From the human T2T-CHM13v2.0 reference genome, Homo sapiens: a DNA stretch of 64,000 nt. Positions 1-12,607 of the stretch are shown in pieces. How positions within the stretch are numbered: the stretch's first letter is position 1; the number at the start of each line of letters is the position of its first letter. Made by a program: the position numbers and the translations under genes. A model generated the notes under the pieces. That model saw only the letters and a list, made by a program, of their open reading frames with translations, ran no database searches and had not been told where the DNA came from. Location of the stretch: assembly GCF_009914755.1 (NCBI RefSeq), contig NC_060935.1. One strand, given 5' to 3'.

Positions 1-1559
1 AGAAGTCTGAGCCTCTAACCAGGTTGTTATGAAGGTATATTGGCCAAGGTTGGAGGCTAAGGCATATTTATGAGTTGGTTCGCTTGATTTATTATTTGTA
101 AACATTTAGACATTGGTGTATGTGGGCCTCTCTTTATACTCTTGCCCAGGCCCTGCACGTTGTAAGTCTCTGTTTCCTAATGGAGACACAGGAATTTTGC
201 TCTGGGCTGGACTTCATCTTGCCTTAAGGAAGGCTTGTGTTCTTCCATGGTATTTCCTGCAACTTGTAAAATACAACTTGTAAAGTCCTATTGTAGCCCC
301 ACGTATTTCCTGTGTTTATAATGGAGATGAAATCGTGGTTTGTCTTTCCACCACCCATCTTTCCACCCCCAACAACCCTCAATTAGATAAACTAACAAGC
401 TAATTAAAAATAGCCTTAAAGTAAGGACACTTGTGTAAACCAACAACTTTATCAGAAAAGGTTTTCCCTGGAATTTCCCATCCTCATTCAAAGGGACAGG
501 CAGTGTTCTGGATTCCAAACAATAGATTCTAATCAATAGCTCCTCCTATTCAAATAGTGGCAGAATCCTACCTGCCTTCCTTCCCTCCAGTGGAATGTTA
601 GTATCTCTCTCAATGAATCATTAAAATTCCTGGCTTGTTATGATGTACCCGTCACTATACCTACATAATATCAAGCAGAAAGCTTTTGAAGGCCTTTTGG
701 GATAGCAGAGCAAGGGTCTCCCCACCCAACTGGTCATATAATTGGCTTTTCTCTCTTTAAAGACTCGAAGCCTTTGTGCTAAACAGAAAATGCCAAAGGT
801 CTTTGGATATGGGGAGTCGAGTGTAGAGGTGGGGTGTTGGCTTCATACACAGCAGAGAATGTTTCCCTCCTTTGCTGTGGAAGACTAACCTTAGCAGCTT
901 CCCACTCACTCCATCTCAAACCCAATTAAATTTTAATTCAGATCATCACGAATACAAAGTGCTTTCTTCAATCTCTATTATTTCTGGAGTTCCCTGGTGT
1001 CCAGTTTAAAAAATTCTTCAGGGAAAGATGTCTGGCAGTGATTGGATGAAGGTATTGACTTTGGAAAGAGGAGTCTTAACATCAACAAGTATGTCAACGA
1101 TAAGTCACTAGAAACAAATCCCAGCCATCCAGTTTGCTTGTTTATGTGGTTCAAGTGCCTCGCGCCAAAGCATGGCCCAGATCCAAGTTTCACATCAGTA
1201 ATTCCTGCCATTCAACATGTTTAGCTTTTGTTTCTTAATGGGTGTTGACAGACAATCTACTTCCCATAATCCTCCATTCGCAGCTGCCTTCATTGATGTA
1301 TTCATTCCACACATGTGTTGAGTAGCCCTGGAATTTTTGCTTTACAGACACCCATGGATATGTCAACAGATTATTATTGTAATGATAAGAGTATATGATA
1401 ATAGAGGTATGTATAGCACTGCATGAACTCAGAAGAAGTAATGTCTTGTCTTATTGAAGAACTAGAATATCTTAGAGGATGACAGTTGACTTGTATCTTG
1501 AATGATGCACAAGAGAATTTACAGCAGATTTGAACAGTCAAAATTTAATGTCTCCTCTC

Positions 1560-1861
1560 TTTTTTTTTGTTTTGTTTTTGAGACAGAGTCTCACTCTGTC
1601 GCCCAGGCTGGAGTGCAGTGGCATGATCTCAGCTCACTGTAACCTCCGCCTCCTGTGTCCAAGCAATTCTCATGCCTCAGCCTCTTTAGTAGCTGAGACT
1701 ACAAGTGTGCACCACCACACCTCATTAATTTTTTGTGTTTTAAGTAAAGATGGGGTTTTGCCATCTTGGCCAGGCTGGTCTTGAACTCCTGACTTCAGGT
1801 GATCTGCCTGCCTCAGCCTCCAAAGTGCTGGGATTACAGGCTTGAGCCACCACGCCCAGCC
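1560..1861 (-). mobile_element. Alu (S-like), full length
   Basis: Alu consensus; TSD aaaatt(t/g)aatgtctcctc on both sides. Confidence 0.95.
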
Positions 1862-3164
1862 AAAATTGAATGTCTCCTCCCTTAAGATTTGTACTTCAAA
1901 AGCTTTTGGTTTTCATGAGCACAGAAAAGGGGCTGATAGCCTGGTGATCAACTGTGGGCCTTATCAACAGCTACAGTGAAGAGGAAGACATTGAAAAGAG
2001 CTTGACATGGCTGAGCCTGAGGAAAGGACTTGGCCTGAGCAGACGGGGATTCCCAAGGAGAAAGGAAGAGGCTCAAGGTCTGAAGCCACTGTGCTCTGAC
2101 CCCATGTCTTTGCTTGAATGGTGTTCATAGATTTACTAGTTGTTGGTGGCTTCCAGTATACCACTAGGGTGGGAACTGGCTGTCCAGAAAAGCCATCTGG
2201 GAGGGACACTTGGTGAGCACACTGTAATCTGGCTTAGCTCAGCATCCTGAAGATGTGGTGTGCTTCACAAGCAAGCCTCACTCCAACGACTGCCTTGGTT
2301 TACATCTTGAAATAAGTCCTCATCACTGGATGAGTATTTTAAGATGCAGCTTTCATCAAGACGGTTTCATTAAGGCAATTCCAGTAGAGTGAATAATCAT
2401 TTTCCCCCCTCATCAGATGTGCTTAATCTTATAGAATTATGATGAGTTTAATCCTCACTTTTTAAGCTGTATCTTAAAAAAAAAAAAGAAAAAGAAAAAG
2501 AAAAAACCCTTAGAGAAATGATCCTGCATCTGTGTCAAAACGTTTCCCTCTGCATTTTCAGATCTGTCTTTTCTAGGTCACCATTGCTCTTTATGGCTTT
2601 CCTTATCACAGTTTTTTCTAACTTCCTGTTTCCTAGCAAACTTTATATAAACTCATTTTATTTTTACTTAAGCCATTCAGGAGTGAACTTTTCCCCTTTT
2701 TGGAGGCCAGTACTTTTTCTGCACCTTATTATTATTGTACACATGAGGGTCAGAGTTATTTCAAATGTTTTGACAACCTTCAATTATTTGCACTTAAGAG
2801 GTTGAGTAGAGAAGAACTGCATAAATTCCAAGCAAAATGACATTAGAACAATCACATGGATAATACCCAATAGCATACATTTCTCGTTTGTTTATTTGCC
2901 CTTGGAATGTACTTAAAATAGTATTTTTAGTGCACTAAACTGCTTCATTTGCAGTTCTTACACTAGATGGGCAATGAAATTTACAGTCCCGAACATGTGG
3001 GTAACAGAAAGCTAGTGTAATATAACTCTTTCCTAACCAGAACAGCTTGTCACAAAGACAGGCTAAATACACACTCTTCTAGTTAAGGAAAGAAATGCAA
3101 TGCTAGATGAACAGGAAGTCCTGTTCCACCAGCCCAATTCACAAAGACCTAGACCTCATTCCTT

Positions 3165-3870
3165 TAGTTATTAAACATTTGTTGAGCACCTAATATGTGA
3201 TAGAGGCGAGAGGTTCAAAGAAGAAAAAGACATTGCCCTGTCCTCTTTGGGTTCGGTAAAGGAATACACAGTGTGGGAAATGCCCAGAGAGTTCTGAGAG
3301 TCCCTAGTAGCAACAACTAATTCCACCATATTTCACAGAGAAATATTTGATCTGGACATAGAAAAGTATGTAGAAGACATCTATCTACTTGTCGAAGTGG
3401 GGAAGCCGAGTTCCAGGCAGAGGGCCCAGCATGTGCAAAGGCAAAGAAGAAAATGAGGTCATGAGGGAGGCAGAGTTCAGAGTTGTGGGATGTAGGGGGC
3501 ATGAGAGCGAAGTGGCGGCTTGAGCCTAGAGACATAGATTTGGACACCATCATGGAGCACCTTGGACACCATCTGAAAAGGATTTTACCTGTAGGTAACA
3601 GGGAGTCCCTGAAGGTTTAAGCAGAGGTAATATGGTTACATCTGAGCTCTAGAATAACTGATAGCAATGTGGATGGTGTATAAAATGGGAGAGAAGACAG
3701 GAAACCAGAGCAGACTTGCCAGGTAAGAGACAAAGATATTCTGGCCCAAGACAGTGGAGGTTCAGAAAGGGGAAAGGCAGTGCAGTTCAGCCTCATTTAG
3801 GATGCTTTGGTACCTGGCAGAGAAAGATAGAGAAGTCAAGAATGCTTCCTAACTTCTTGTTATTTCAGCT
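3165..3870 (-). mobile_element. L2 fragment(s)
   Basis: L2 3' end in reverse (aaacatttgttgagcacctaatatgtg) followed by purine-rich L2 body; boundaries approximate. Confidence 0.6.
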
Positions 3871-4157
3871 TTGTGCCAGTTCTCCAAGTGCACAGATAAA
3901 AACATCTACTGCTAAAGCCCAACTCCCTCTGCTTCTCGGTGTTCTTTCATTTCTTCTCAGAACTGTGTAACTCGTCCCTAGAGTTTTTTCGGACACAACC
4001 TCATTCTATATTCTGATGCTTTTAGTTCTGAGAACTACAAGTTCTCAGCATGGGCATCATGCTAGAAGTTAAGGCATGCAGAAGGGAGACCTGGCCTTTT
4101 TCTCCAAGAAGTTCATAAGCTTATGGAGGAGAGAGACAGATAAAACTCTAAATACTA

Positions 4158-4319
4158 ATTCATGCAGAATGGAAAAAAAAGGGCTAGGGGAACACAGAGA
4201 GAATGCTGGGAGAATTCAGGAGTTTATGTAGAAGGTGGGGCTTTAGCGACGCTCTTCATTCTTACTGAGCATCTACCTCATGGCCTGTACTACACTTAGC
4301 ACTGAGATCAACAGGCTAA
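4158..4319. repeat. Left arm of 162-bp inverted duplication
   Basis: Reverse complement of 5149-5310 with 4 mismatches. Confidence 0.97.
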
Positions 4320-4444
4320 CACGCACACATGATGAGAAGGAAAACACACATCAAATAAGTAATTAACTACAAGCAGAATGCATGCTGGGAAAGAAATGCA
4401 GGGTGTCATGAGAATGTGTAACTGGGAGATTTAAGGATCGGGAA

Positions 4445-4604
4445 GCCAGGCGTGGTGGTTCACACCCGCAATCTCAGCTACTTGGGAGGCTGAGGAGAGA
4501 GGATCGCTTGAGCCCAGGAGTTTCAGTCCAGCTTGGGCAACATAGTGAGACCCTCTCTCAAAATGAAATGAAATGGAATGAAATGAAGAAATGAAAGGAA
4601 ATAA
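4445..4604 (+). mobile_element. Free left Alu monomer (FLAM) with (GAAAT)n tail
   Basis: Monomer ending gagaccctctctc; TSD-like aaggatc(g/aa)ggaa. Confidence 0.85.
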
Positions 4605-5148
4605 AGGATCAAGGAAAGCAACATAGAAGATTTAAGCTAAGATTGAGAGGTGGGCAGAGATATTACTGTAGGGAAGGGAAAGAATGTTCCTGAAGAAAGA
4701 ATGCATGCCCACTGCTCAGCTGTGAGAAAATGTGGCACGTTCAAGGAACTGAAAGAAATCTAATGTTGCCGGAAGAGGGTAGCCTAAAGTAAACCAGGGA
4801 AGGGCCAGAAAATAGAGCATACAGGCAAATTAGCCATGTTAAGGTTCTGGAACTTTACCCTAGAGGAAATAGGGAGCTACTGGGTTGTTTTAAGAAGAAG
4901 AGTGTATGATTATCATTGTATATTTGGAGAATAAATTGGAAAGGGCAAAACCGGAAGCAGGAGATTTGTTAAAGCTGCCGGAGTTGTCAAAGCGAGGGGT
5001 GATGGGGCTTAACACAGAGAGAAAACAAGGGATAAAAAAGAACCAGTGTCCAAGAAATTTAGGAGGCACACATGGACAGGACCTAATGATGAATTAGATA
5101 GGAGAGGTGAGAGAAAGAGAGAAGTCAAGGATGGATCTTAGGTGGATC

Positions 5149-5310
5149 TTAGCCTGTTGATCTCAGTGCTAAGTGTAGTACAGGCCGTGAGGTAGATGCT
5201 CAGTAAGAATGAGGAGCGTCGCTAAAGCCCCACCTTCTACATAAACTCCTGAATTCTCCCAGCATGCTCTCTGTGTTCCCCTAGCCCTTTTTTTTTCATT
5301 CTGCATGAAT
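5149..5310. repeat. Right arm of 162-bp inverted duplication
   Basis: Reverse complement of 4158-4319. Confidence 0.97.
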
Positions 5311-6281
5311 GAAACTTGGGAAATTGCATGGATGCTCTGCCCTGAGCCAAGAGACTCTGGAGAGAAGCAAAATTGGCAGGGAAAAAGGTGAGTTCACTTT
5401 TTGAACACATGAGGTTTAGTGCAAGCAAGATATTCAAGTGGAGATTTCTAGTAAGGAATAGGTCAGGACGCCAGAGGGTTGAGCAGGAGAAACTGGAGGG
5501 ACCTGGAGACTAAGGGCATCCTTAGCATGTAGAAGCTGGAGGTATGGCCCAGGGAAGAGCTGGGATTACCCGGAGAGAATGAGTAGAATGTATGGAGAAA
5601 GACTGGACAGATTCCTGAGGAATACTAGCAATTAAAGTGCCTGTAGAGAAGTCAGAGTTTACAAAGGAAACTGAGAATAAGCCACTAGAGAAAAGGGCAA
5701 AAGACAAACCAAAGGGGCATAATCAGGAAAGTAAAAGTAGAGAACAAAGGGAGGGCTCCTAATGGGAAATGCCGTTGAGAGGTCAAGAGACAAAAATCCC
5801 ATTGAATAGAGTGTGGTGACTCAGATTCTCACTGTTACTTACTAAGTGACCTTAGACCAGTTATTTACACTGAGCCTCATCCATAAGTTGGAACGATTGC
5901 ATTGTATTTAGATTGGTGTCTTAATACATGTGCAGTAAATCTTAGCCATTATTATTCAATGGCATGAATAACTATTAGGGACTTTGTTAGTGGGGAAGTG
6001 CCAAATTAGAGTGACTTTTAGCTGAAGGGGAAAGTGCAATTGAGCACTTGAGAGAGGCTGTTTAAATGCAAAGAAGCAGTTCCAGGGAGGAAGAGATAGA
6101 AGACAGAGGAGAAGACAGGCTTTCAGTGGGAATAAAGTAAAGCAACACAGAAGGACAGGCATGGCAAGAAGCCTGAGGCATGGGGTTACACAGCATGACA
6201 ACAGATGTGGTCAAGTGCAATGGTCAGGAAGAGGCAGGAAGAGCTACGGTGGGAGTTGAGCCTGTAAAGAATGTTACATTC

Positions 6282-6579
<298 letters not shown>

Positions 6580-6661
6580 TTACATTTATGAATTTGAATA
6601 TTTGAATTTTGCTTTGTGTGGATATAAGGGAGCCATGGACAGTTGTACAGGAGTGGAAGGG

Positions 6662-6885
6662 TTTGTTTTGTTCTGCTTTGTTTTGTTTTTGAGACAAGGT
6701 CCCACTCTGTTGCTCAGGCTGGAGTGTGGTGGCACGATCACGGCTTACTGCAGCCTCAAATTACAGGGCTCAGGGATCCTCCTGCCTGAGCCTCCTGAGT
6801 AGCTGAGACTACAGCATGTGCCACCACACCCGGGTAATTTGTAAATTTTTTGTAGAGACAGGGTCTCACTACGATGCCCAGACTG
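6662..6885 (-). mobile_element. 5'-truncated AluJ
   Basis: Right arm plus part of left arm; TSD aggagtggaa..gttt. Confidence 0.9.
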
Positions 6886-7034
6886 AGGAGTGGAAAGTTT
6901 AACTCAACCTGTTTTAGAAAAATTATTCTAACAATAGAGAGAAGTATGGATTATAGAGGAGGAAGATTTAGAAAAGAGCTGTCCACAGTGTGTGGCTGGG
7001 GGAGGAATTTTAATAGAGAGCAAAAAAATCACTT

Positions 7035-7185
7035 GTAAGCATTTAACCTTGGCTAGGTCACTTAACCTCATCAAGACTCAGTTTCTCCACTAATAAAATG
7101 GGAATAATAAGATTTCTCTCTGAGGTTCTTTTGGGCATTGCATTTTCTATCAAGTACCTACTATAGTGCTTGGCATACAGTATTC
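7035..7185 (+). mobile_element. MIR fragment
   Basis: ccttggctaggtcacttaacctc..ctcagtttctccactaataaaatgggaataata core. Confidence 0.7.
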
Positions 7186-10100
7186 TTCTCACGCTCTATC
7201 CTCCTCCTGACAGCTCCATGCTGTTGGTGGGTATCCATGGTCGGGTATTGGAATGTCTTACTCTCCTCTGATTTTCAGGAGACATAAATTTGCTTCCTAA
7301 CTTTGCAATACTGAAGGAAAAAACAGTCTTCTGAAAAGTTTCCTTCCAAGTGCAGGGCTAAATTTTCATCTCTGCTCACTCTCTGATTTGACAAATTGGC
7401 ATAGCTCATTTGCTGTGTACCAAATTGTCTTGATGCAAGAGTTTTTACATTTGGGGCTGGGCAGTGGTTCAAAAGTATCACTTTCCCATTAAGCTTTATG
7501 GGATTTACCTACAAGATGGATAACACATCCTTCGGACAGATGGCACAGCCCTGAAGCCATTGCCTAATTTCTTCTTCAGTGTTCTCCTTTTATCCTGTCT
7601 TCTATGATAGCTGATTTCCTTACATTCATGTCCACCCAGAAATAACTAGTTTCTAGAAAAGCTGTAATATGGATTGTATTTCTGTAAAGCCATATGTTCC
7701 ATACGTCCTGACATCCTCGCAGATGCCATTTGATTCCATTTTGTCTTATTCATTTAATAAATATTGAGTGTCTGCTTGGTGCCTGGCATCTGCAGTGCAA
7801 AGAGGAATAATATTCAGTTCTACACACTGAAGGATCCCATATTTTGTGGCAAAGCAAGATCTAAAGACATAATTTAAGTAGACTGTGAATAGGTTAATTT
7901 GGAGCTACTAACTGGCTATCATGCAGGTGGGAATTGGGAGGTCACAAGAAACTTTCAGCAAATCTGGCATTTGAACTGCACCTTGAATTGTGAACTGAAT
8001 CTTCCCAGGTGAAGAAAAGGGGATGGGCTTTCCTGACATGTTTCCTGATGAAAGAGCATGTACTTGAAAGAGAATGGCTGGCTCTGTAAAGGGTGAACCG
8101 TGTGTTGTCCCAGGATTAGGATGCCAGCAGCTGTTTACTGAAAGCACAATATGTGTTGTGTGCATGGTGCTAAGTACTTGTTTTATTTCACTTGATGCAC
8201 ACGGCAACCATATGAGGCAGTCCTATTATTATTCCCATTGTACATGGGATATCACTGATGCTTAGAGAGGTTGGATAACTTGCCCATAACAGAGTGATAA
8301 GCTATAATTTGAATATAAACCATCCTGTACACTCCTGAGTCTGTACTTGCAAGCGACCCTGCCATACCAGATGTGTGCAGGCCATCTGTGTACATATGTG
8401 TGGGGCAAGGGGGCAAGCTGAAGGCAGAAAGGTCAGTTGAGGCCAGCTTTGAGATACTGAACACCAAGATAGAGGTTGTTGTAGACAAACATCTCTGCAT
8501 GTTCATTTTTTATAAAAATTCACTATATTACTTTTAAAGTGAAACAGAACCCACTCTTTAGAGCATTTTTTAGCAAAAGTCCTGCTTTAGTGGGACATAA
8601 TGTGTACATAAAATGGGGACTGAGGTTAGTAATCTAATTAAAAACAAATCGTTCGCAGGGATTTTGATTCCTTCTTACTTCAAAGCGCGTATTGACATAT
8701 AAATGAATTCTGTCCTCAAGGTAAGCCCCAATTACGTAAAAGTATTTCCAGGTTATTCGCTCTTTTCACCTTAAAAATGACAAAGTTTATTTTTTATATA
8801 AAAATTGAGGAATTCAGAACTTAACCTCTCAGCTAGTTTGAGGACTAAAGCTGTGATGTGATTCAGATTTTATAAGATCTTCACAGAATAAAATATTCAA
8901 TTTACTCTCAGTTCATAGAATATTTTCATGTTCGGCTCTTTTCCTTCATAATGAATTTTAAAAATTTTCAATTGGATCTTAAATGAGATGTATCCCCGAA
9001 GTGTTTCAAACAGCAGAAACAAACCCAAACCCACAAAGACATAAATCAACAAAAATAGCACTCTTTGCATTGGCTGTTTACCAATAAATGAACATTCGGG
9101 TTCGTGTTAGAACTCAGTGAATGAGCAAAACCGGAGGTTGTGTTTGCTTCCTTTCAAGCCCGTCTCTTTAAGATCTAGGTCAGTTCACATAGTGGTCAGT
9201 GAACATCCCACTCCAGAGGAACTGCGTGAGTGATCGAATACTCCAAGCCTGAAATCCTCGTGGGTCTCCTGGTGGGAAGGCCGAGACATTTGCGTTATGA
9301 GGCCCCGTGATGCTTTGCTTGGGAGGGCACAGACCTGTAAGCAGCAAGGCATCCAGCTGCTCCTCTTCCCTCCCATAAGGCCCTCACGACAGCCAGGCCC
9401 CAGAAACGTGAACTTTCTGAACTTGGGTGGCCAGGCTGCTTCAGAGCCTCTTCTGGAGTCAGCAACCCTCCTTTGCTCTTCCCCCCTCCCTCCCACGGGT
9501 TCTGCTTCCTGGACCCTTCTGCTGACCAAGGAAACCAGCCTTGAGCAATTCCTAAGTATTTCACTCAACCCCAAGCAGTCCAACCCCGCTAGGAGGACTC
9601 CCCTCTCCTTTTGCCAGATCTCTTCTGGAAACTGGGTCACTCTCACTACTCATGAGATGAGATTTAGCCTCTCTGGTCTGATGGTGGAGCAGAATCCTGA
9701 GGACCCCTCCCTACCTCCTCACAAAACTAGCACAGCGGCAACGAAATCTGGAGTTGGACACAGTCCAAGGTCTTCTCAGGGATCCGCTTCCTCCAGGAAG
9801 ATTCTTCCTCACTTGTCAGTCAGCGAGACTGCCTTGGTCTTAACCTCTGACCTCAGGGATTATTCAAGCCTGGAAGGGTCGGGAGAACCTTTTTAGAAAA
9901 GGGTGGGACTTGGAGAAAAAGAGATTTGGACAGTATTGCAGACAGGAGAAGCAAACCGAGCCAAGAAGTGCAAGAAACCATCCTAAGTACAGGAGTCTCT
10001 CGTTTCAGTCTTGAAGATCTCCAGGAAAGGAAATTCCAGGGCTTCCCCTGAGTCTAACCCATCCTTTTTCCTATGACCTCTGATGCTCCATTTTATGGGT

Positions 10101-10887
10101 CCCGGCTGTTAAATATGTAAAACCTAAAAGGAAGAGGGCCAGGAAAAGGAGACCATGGTCTGCTACAGAAGTGCTAGCCTGGCGGAAAAAGCCAGTCTGG
10201 GCTTGTTTTGCGGTCCACTCTTGTCTCCTTTCAGCCACACGTGTGACATCACTAGGCCTTCTCTTAGGCTAGTTTGGGAGGGCGGCCTGCCGACATCCCC
10301 ACTCTCCCCTCCAGAACCCCCTTGGTCAGGAATATAGCACGAAGGGTTCCCTCTCAGCTGCCTGGCATTGAGGCCATTTTCCTTTGCAAGGGCACTACTG
10401 TGGGAAAATGTTTTAAATCACTTTTCTCAGAGAAAGGGAAAAACTGAAGTTCCGGAGATGTCATTCACCCCCAGAAATGTCATACTATGACTTCCCCTTA
10501 ACCTTTTTCTCTGTGTGTTGTGGAAATCTGTTCCAAGCCACTCCAGCAATTCAATTATGTAAATGGAGTGACCCCACCTCCTGAACACCGCCTGAGCTTG
10601 AGCCTGGCCGGCTAGAGTTTTTTGTGTGTGTGGTGTGTGAGAAATGGGATAGAGTGAGTGCCTCCATGGCCCACCTGGCCCTGGGTGCCCCCTCCCTGTG
10701 GCAGCTCTCTGTTCCTCCTCTCTTTAGTCTTCTCTCCTTTCAGCGTCCTTGTTGCCATCAGTTTTTGCTGTGGCCGTTCTGAGGTACCTGAAGAGCCAGA
10801 GTGGGAGATAGGAGTTATGACAGCCTTGAAAATGGAAAGTTGGGATCAGAAAGTCTACTTCTGGGACCCTGGAACAAGTGACTTAAT

Positions 10888-11186
10888 CTCTCTCTCTCTC
10901 TCTCTTTGAGGCAGGGTCTTGCTATGTTGCCCAGGCTGGAGTGCAGTGGCATGATCACAGCTCACTGCAACCTCCAACTCCAGGGCTCATGTGATCCTCC
11001 CACTCAGCCTCTCAAGTAGCTGGGACTACAGGCAGGCACTACCATGCCTAGCTAATTTTTTTACTTCTTGTACAGTTGGGGGTCTCGCTATGTTGCTCAA
11101 GCTAGTCTCAAACTTCTGGGCTCAAGTGACCCTCCTGCTTCGGCTTCCAGAGTTTCGGGATTACAGGAATGAACCCATTCCTGGCT
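10888..11186 (-). mobile_element. AluJ inserted into a MIR
   Basis: Alu consensus; TSD tgacttaatctct; MIR core resumes near 11225 (cttcctcatctgtaaaatggg). Confidence 0.92.
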
Positions 11187-11889
11187 GACTGATTAAGTCC
11201 CATGCCTGGCTGACTTAATCTCTTGCCTTCAGCTTCCTCATCTGTAAAATGGGTATACTATTAGCCTCATGAAGCTGTCTTGAGGATTGAAAGAGATGCT
11301 AATTATGAAAAAACTGTAAAACACAAAGTGCTGCAAGGATGTGAATATTCGAAAGCAGGTCCCTGGTCTCTTTCACTTTGGAGTGGGGTTGGGGTACGGC
11401 ACAAAGCAGAATGTTTCCATTGCAAAGGAGCGTGATGGAGTAAGCGGCAGAGGGCCTGAGGGGCAAGGTGGCGTGGCAGGCACGAGTAAGTCTAGCAGGG
11501 CTCTTGGAAGAAGCAGTTTCCAAAGGAGAGGGCCCCATATTGGCAGGCAGGAAGGTGCAGGGTGCTCCCTTCTTCCTCACAGAAAACCCCTGGCGAGGAA
11601 GAGGTGTGATTTGATCAGGGTGGCTGCATCAGACAGGCGTTCAGTACCTTTCCCACCAGAGCTGGTGCTGCTCAGGAGCTGAGCCAAGTCAGGGCCTCAT
11701 GCAGCCCAGCTCTCCTGCCTGTGAGGGAGACCCAGGCGTCAGTGAGATGTCCCTTTTGAATCCAGCCCATGCACCTGGGCCCCTTTACAGCGGTTCTCAC
11801 TTCACCAGCACCTCCCCTTCCCACGCAGGCTTCCTGTTTTGAAACCACCAATAGATGGAAAATGTGAGTACTGCCGCTTGAATGGCTCA

Positions 11890-12545
11890 GGCTGTGTGTG
11901 TGTCTGGGTGTGTGAGGTTCTGTGTGAGTTTGTGCTGTGTGAGCCTGTGTGCGCACATAAATGTGTATGTGCAAATGTGAATTTGAGTGTGATAGTGTAG
12001 GTGTGACTATATGAGCATGTGTTTGTGCATGTGGGTGAGCGTGTGACTGTGAGTGGTTGAGTGAGTACATGGACACGTGTTGTGTGCATTTGAGCATGTG
12101 TATCGGTGTGTGGCTGTGTGAGTGCCTATATAAGTATATGATCATGTGTGTGTTACTGTGTGTGTTGCATGAGCATGTGTGCCTATCTATGAGCTCGTGT
12201 TGTGACTGTGATCATGTGATCATGTCTAAGAGTGCCTGTGTGGGTGTGTGACTGTGTGTGACTGTGTGTGAGGGTGTTTGTGTGCATGTGTTGTATGAGT
12301 GACCATGTGTGTGACAACGCAAGTGTATGATCAAATGTGTGTCACTGTGAGTGTGTGTTGTGGGTGTGATCACATGTGCAACTGTGTGTGTGACCTGATG
12401 TGAGTGTTTTGTGTGTGATTGTGTCAGTGTGTGAGTGATCACATGTGTGCTATATGAGTGATCATGTGTGTGACTGTGTGATCGTGTGTGATTATATATG
12501 TGTGTGGCCAGGGGAGAATGTGTGTTGAGTATGATCACATGTGTG

Positions 12546-12549
<4 letters not shown>
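11890..12549 (+). repeat. Degenerate TG-rich low-complexity tract
   Basis: ~660 bp of interrupted (TG)n with recurring tgatca(ca)tgtg units. Confidence 0.9.

Positions 12550-12595
<46 letters not shown>
12550..12595. repeat. (TG)~23 microsatellite
   Basis: Perfect dinucleotide run. Confidence 0.98.

Positions 12596-12607
<12 letters not shown>

Larger units (their letters stand above)
4255..5810 (-). mobile_element. L2 fragment interrupted by a FLAM and by the inverted insertion
   Basis: Diverged L2 motifs (gagaagtcaaggatg; gagttcactttttgaacacatgagg; ttgagaggtcaag). Confidence 0.65.

Noticed and set aside
8715-8730. Consensus-like donor AAG|gtaagc
   Set aside because: No convincing paired acceptor upstream; isolated donors are common in long introns
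9297-9896. 199-aa + strand ORF overlapped by - strand ORFs
   Set aside because: Ser/Pro/Leu-rich, no recognisable domain or exon structure, in moderately GC-rich intron; only PhyloCSF or Ribo-seq support would revive it
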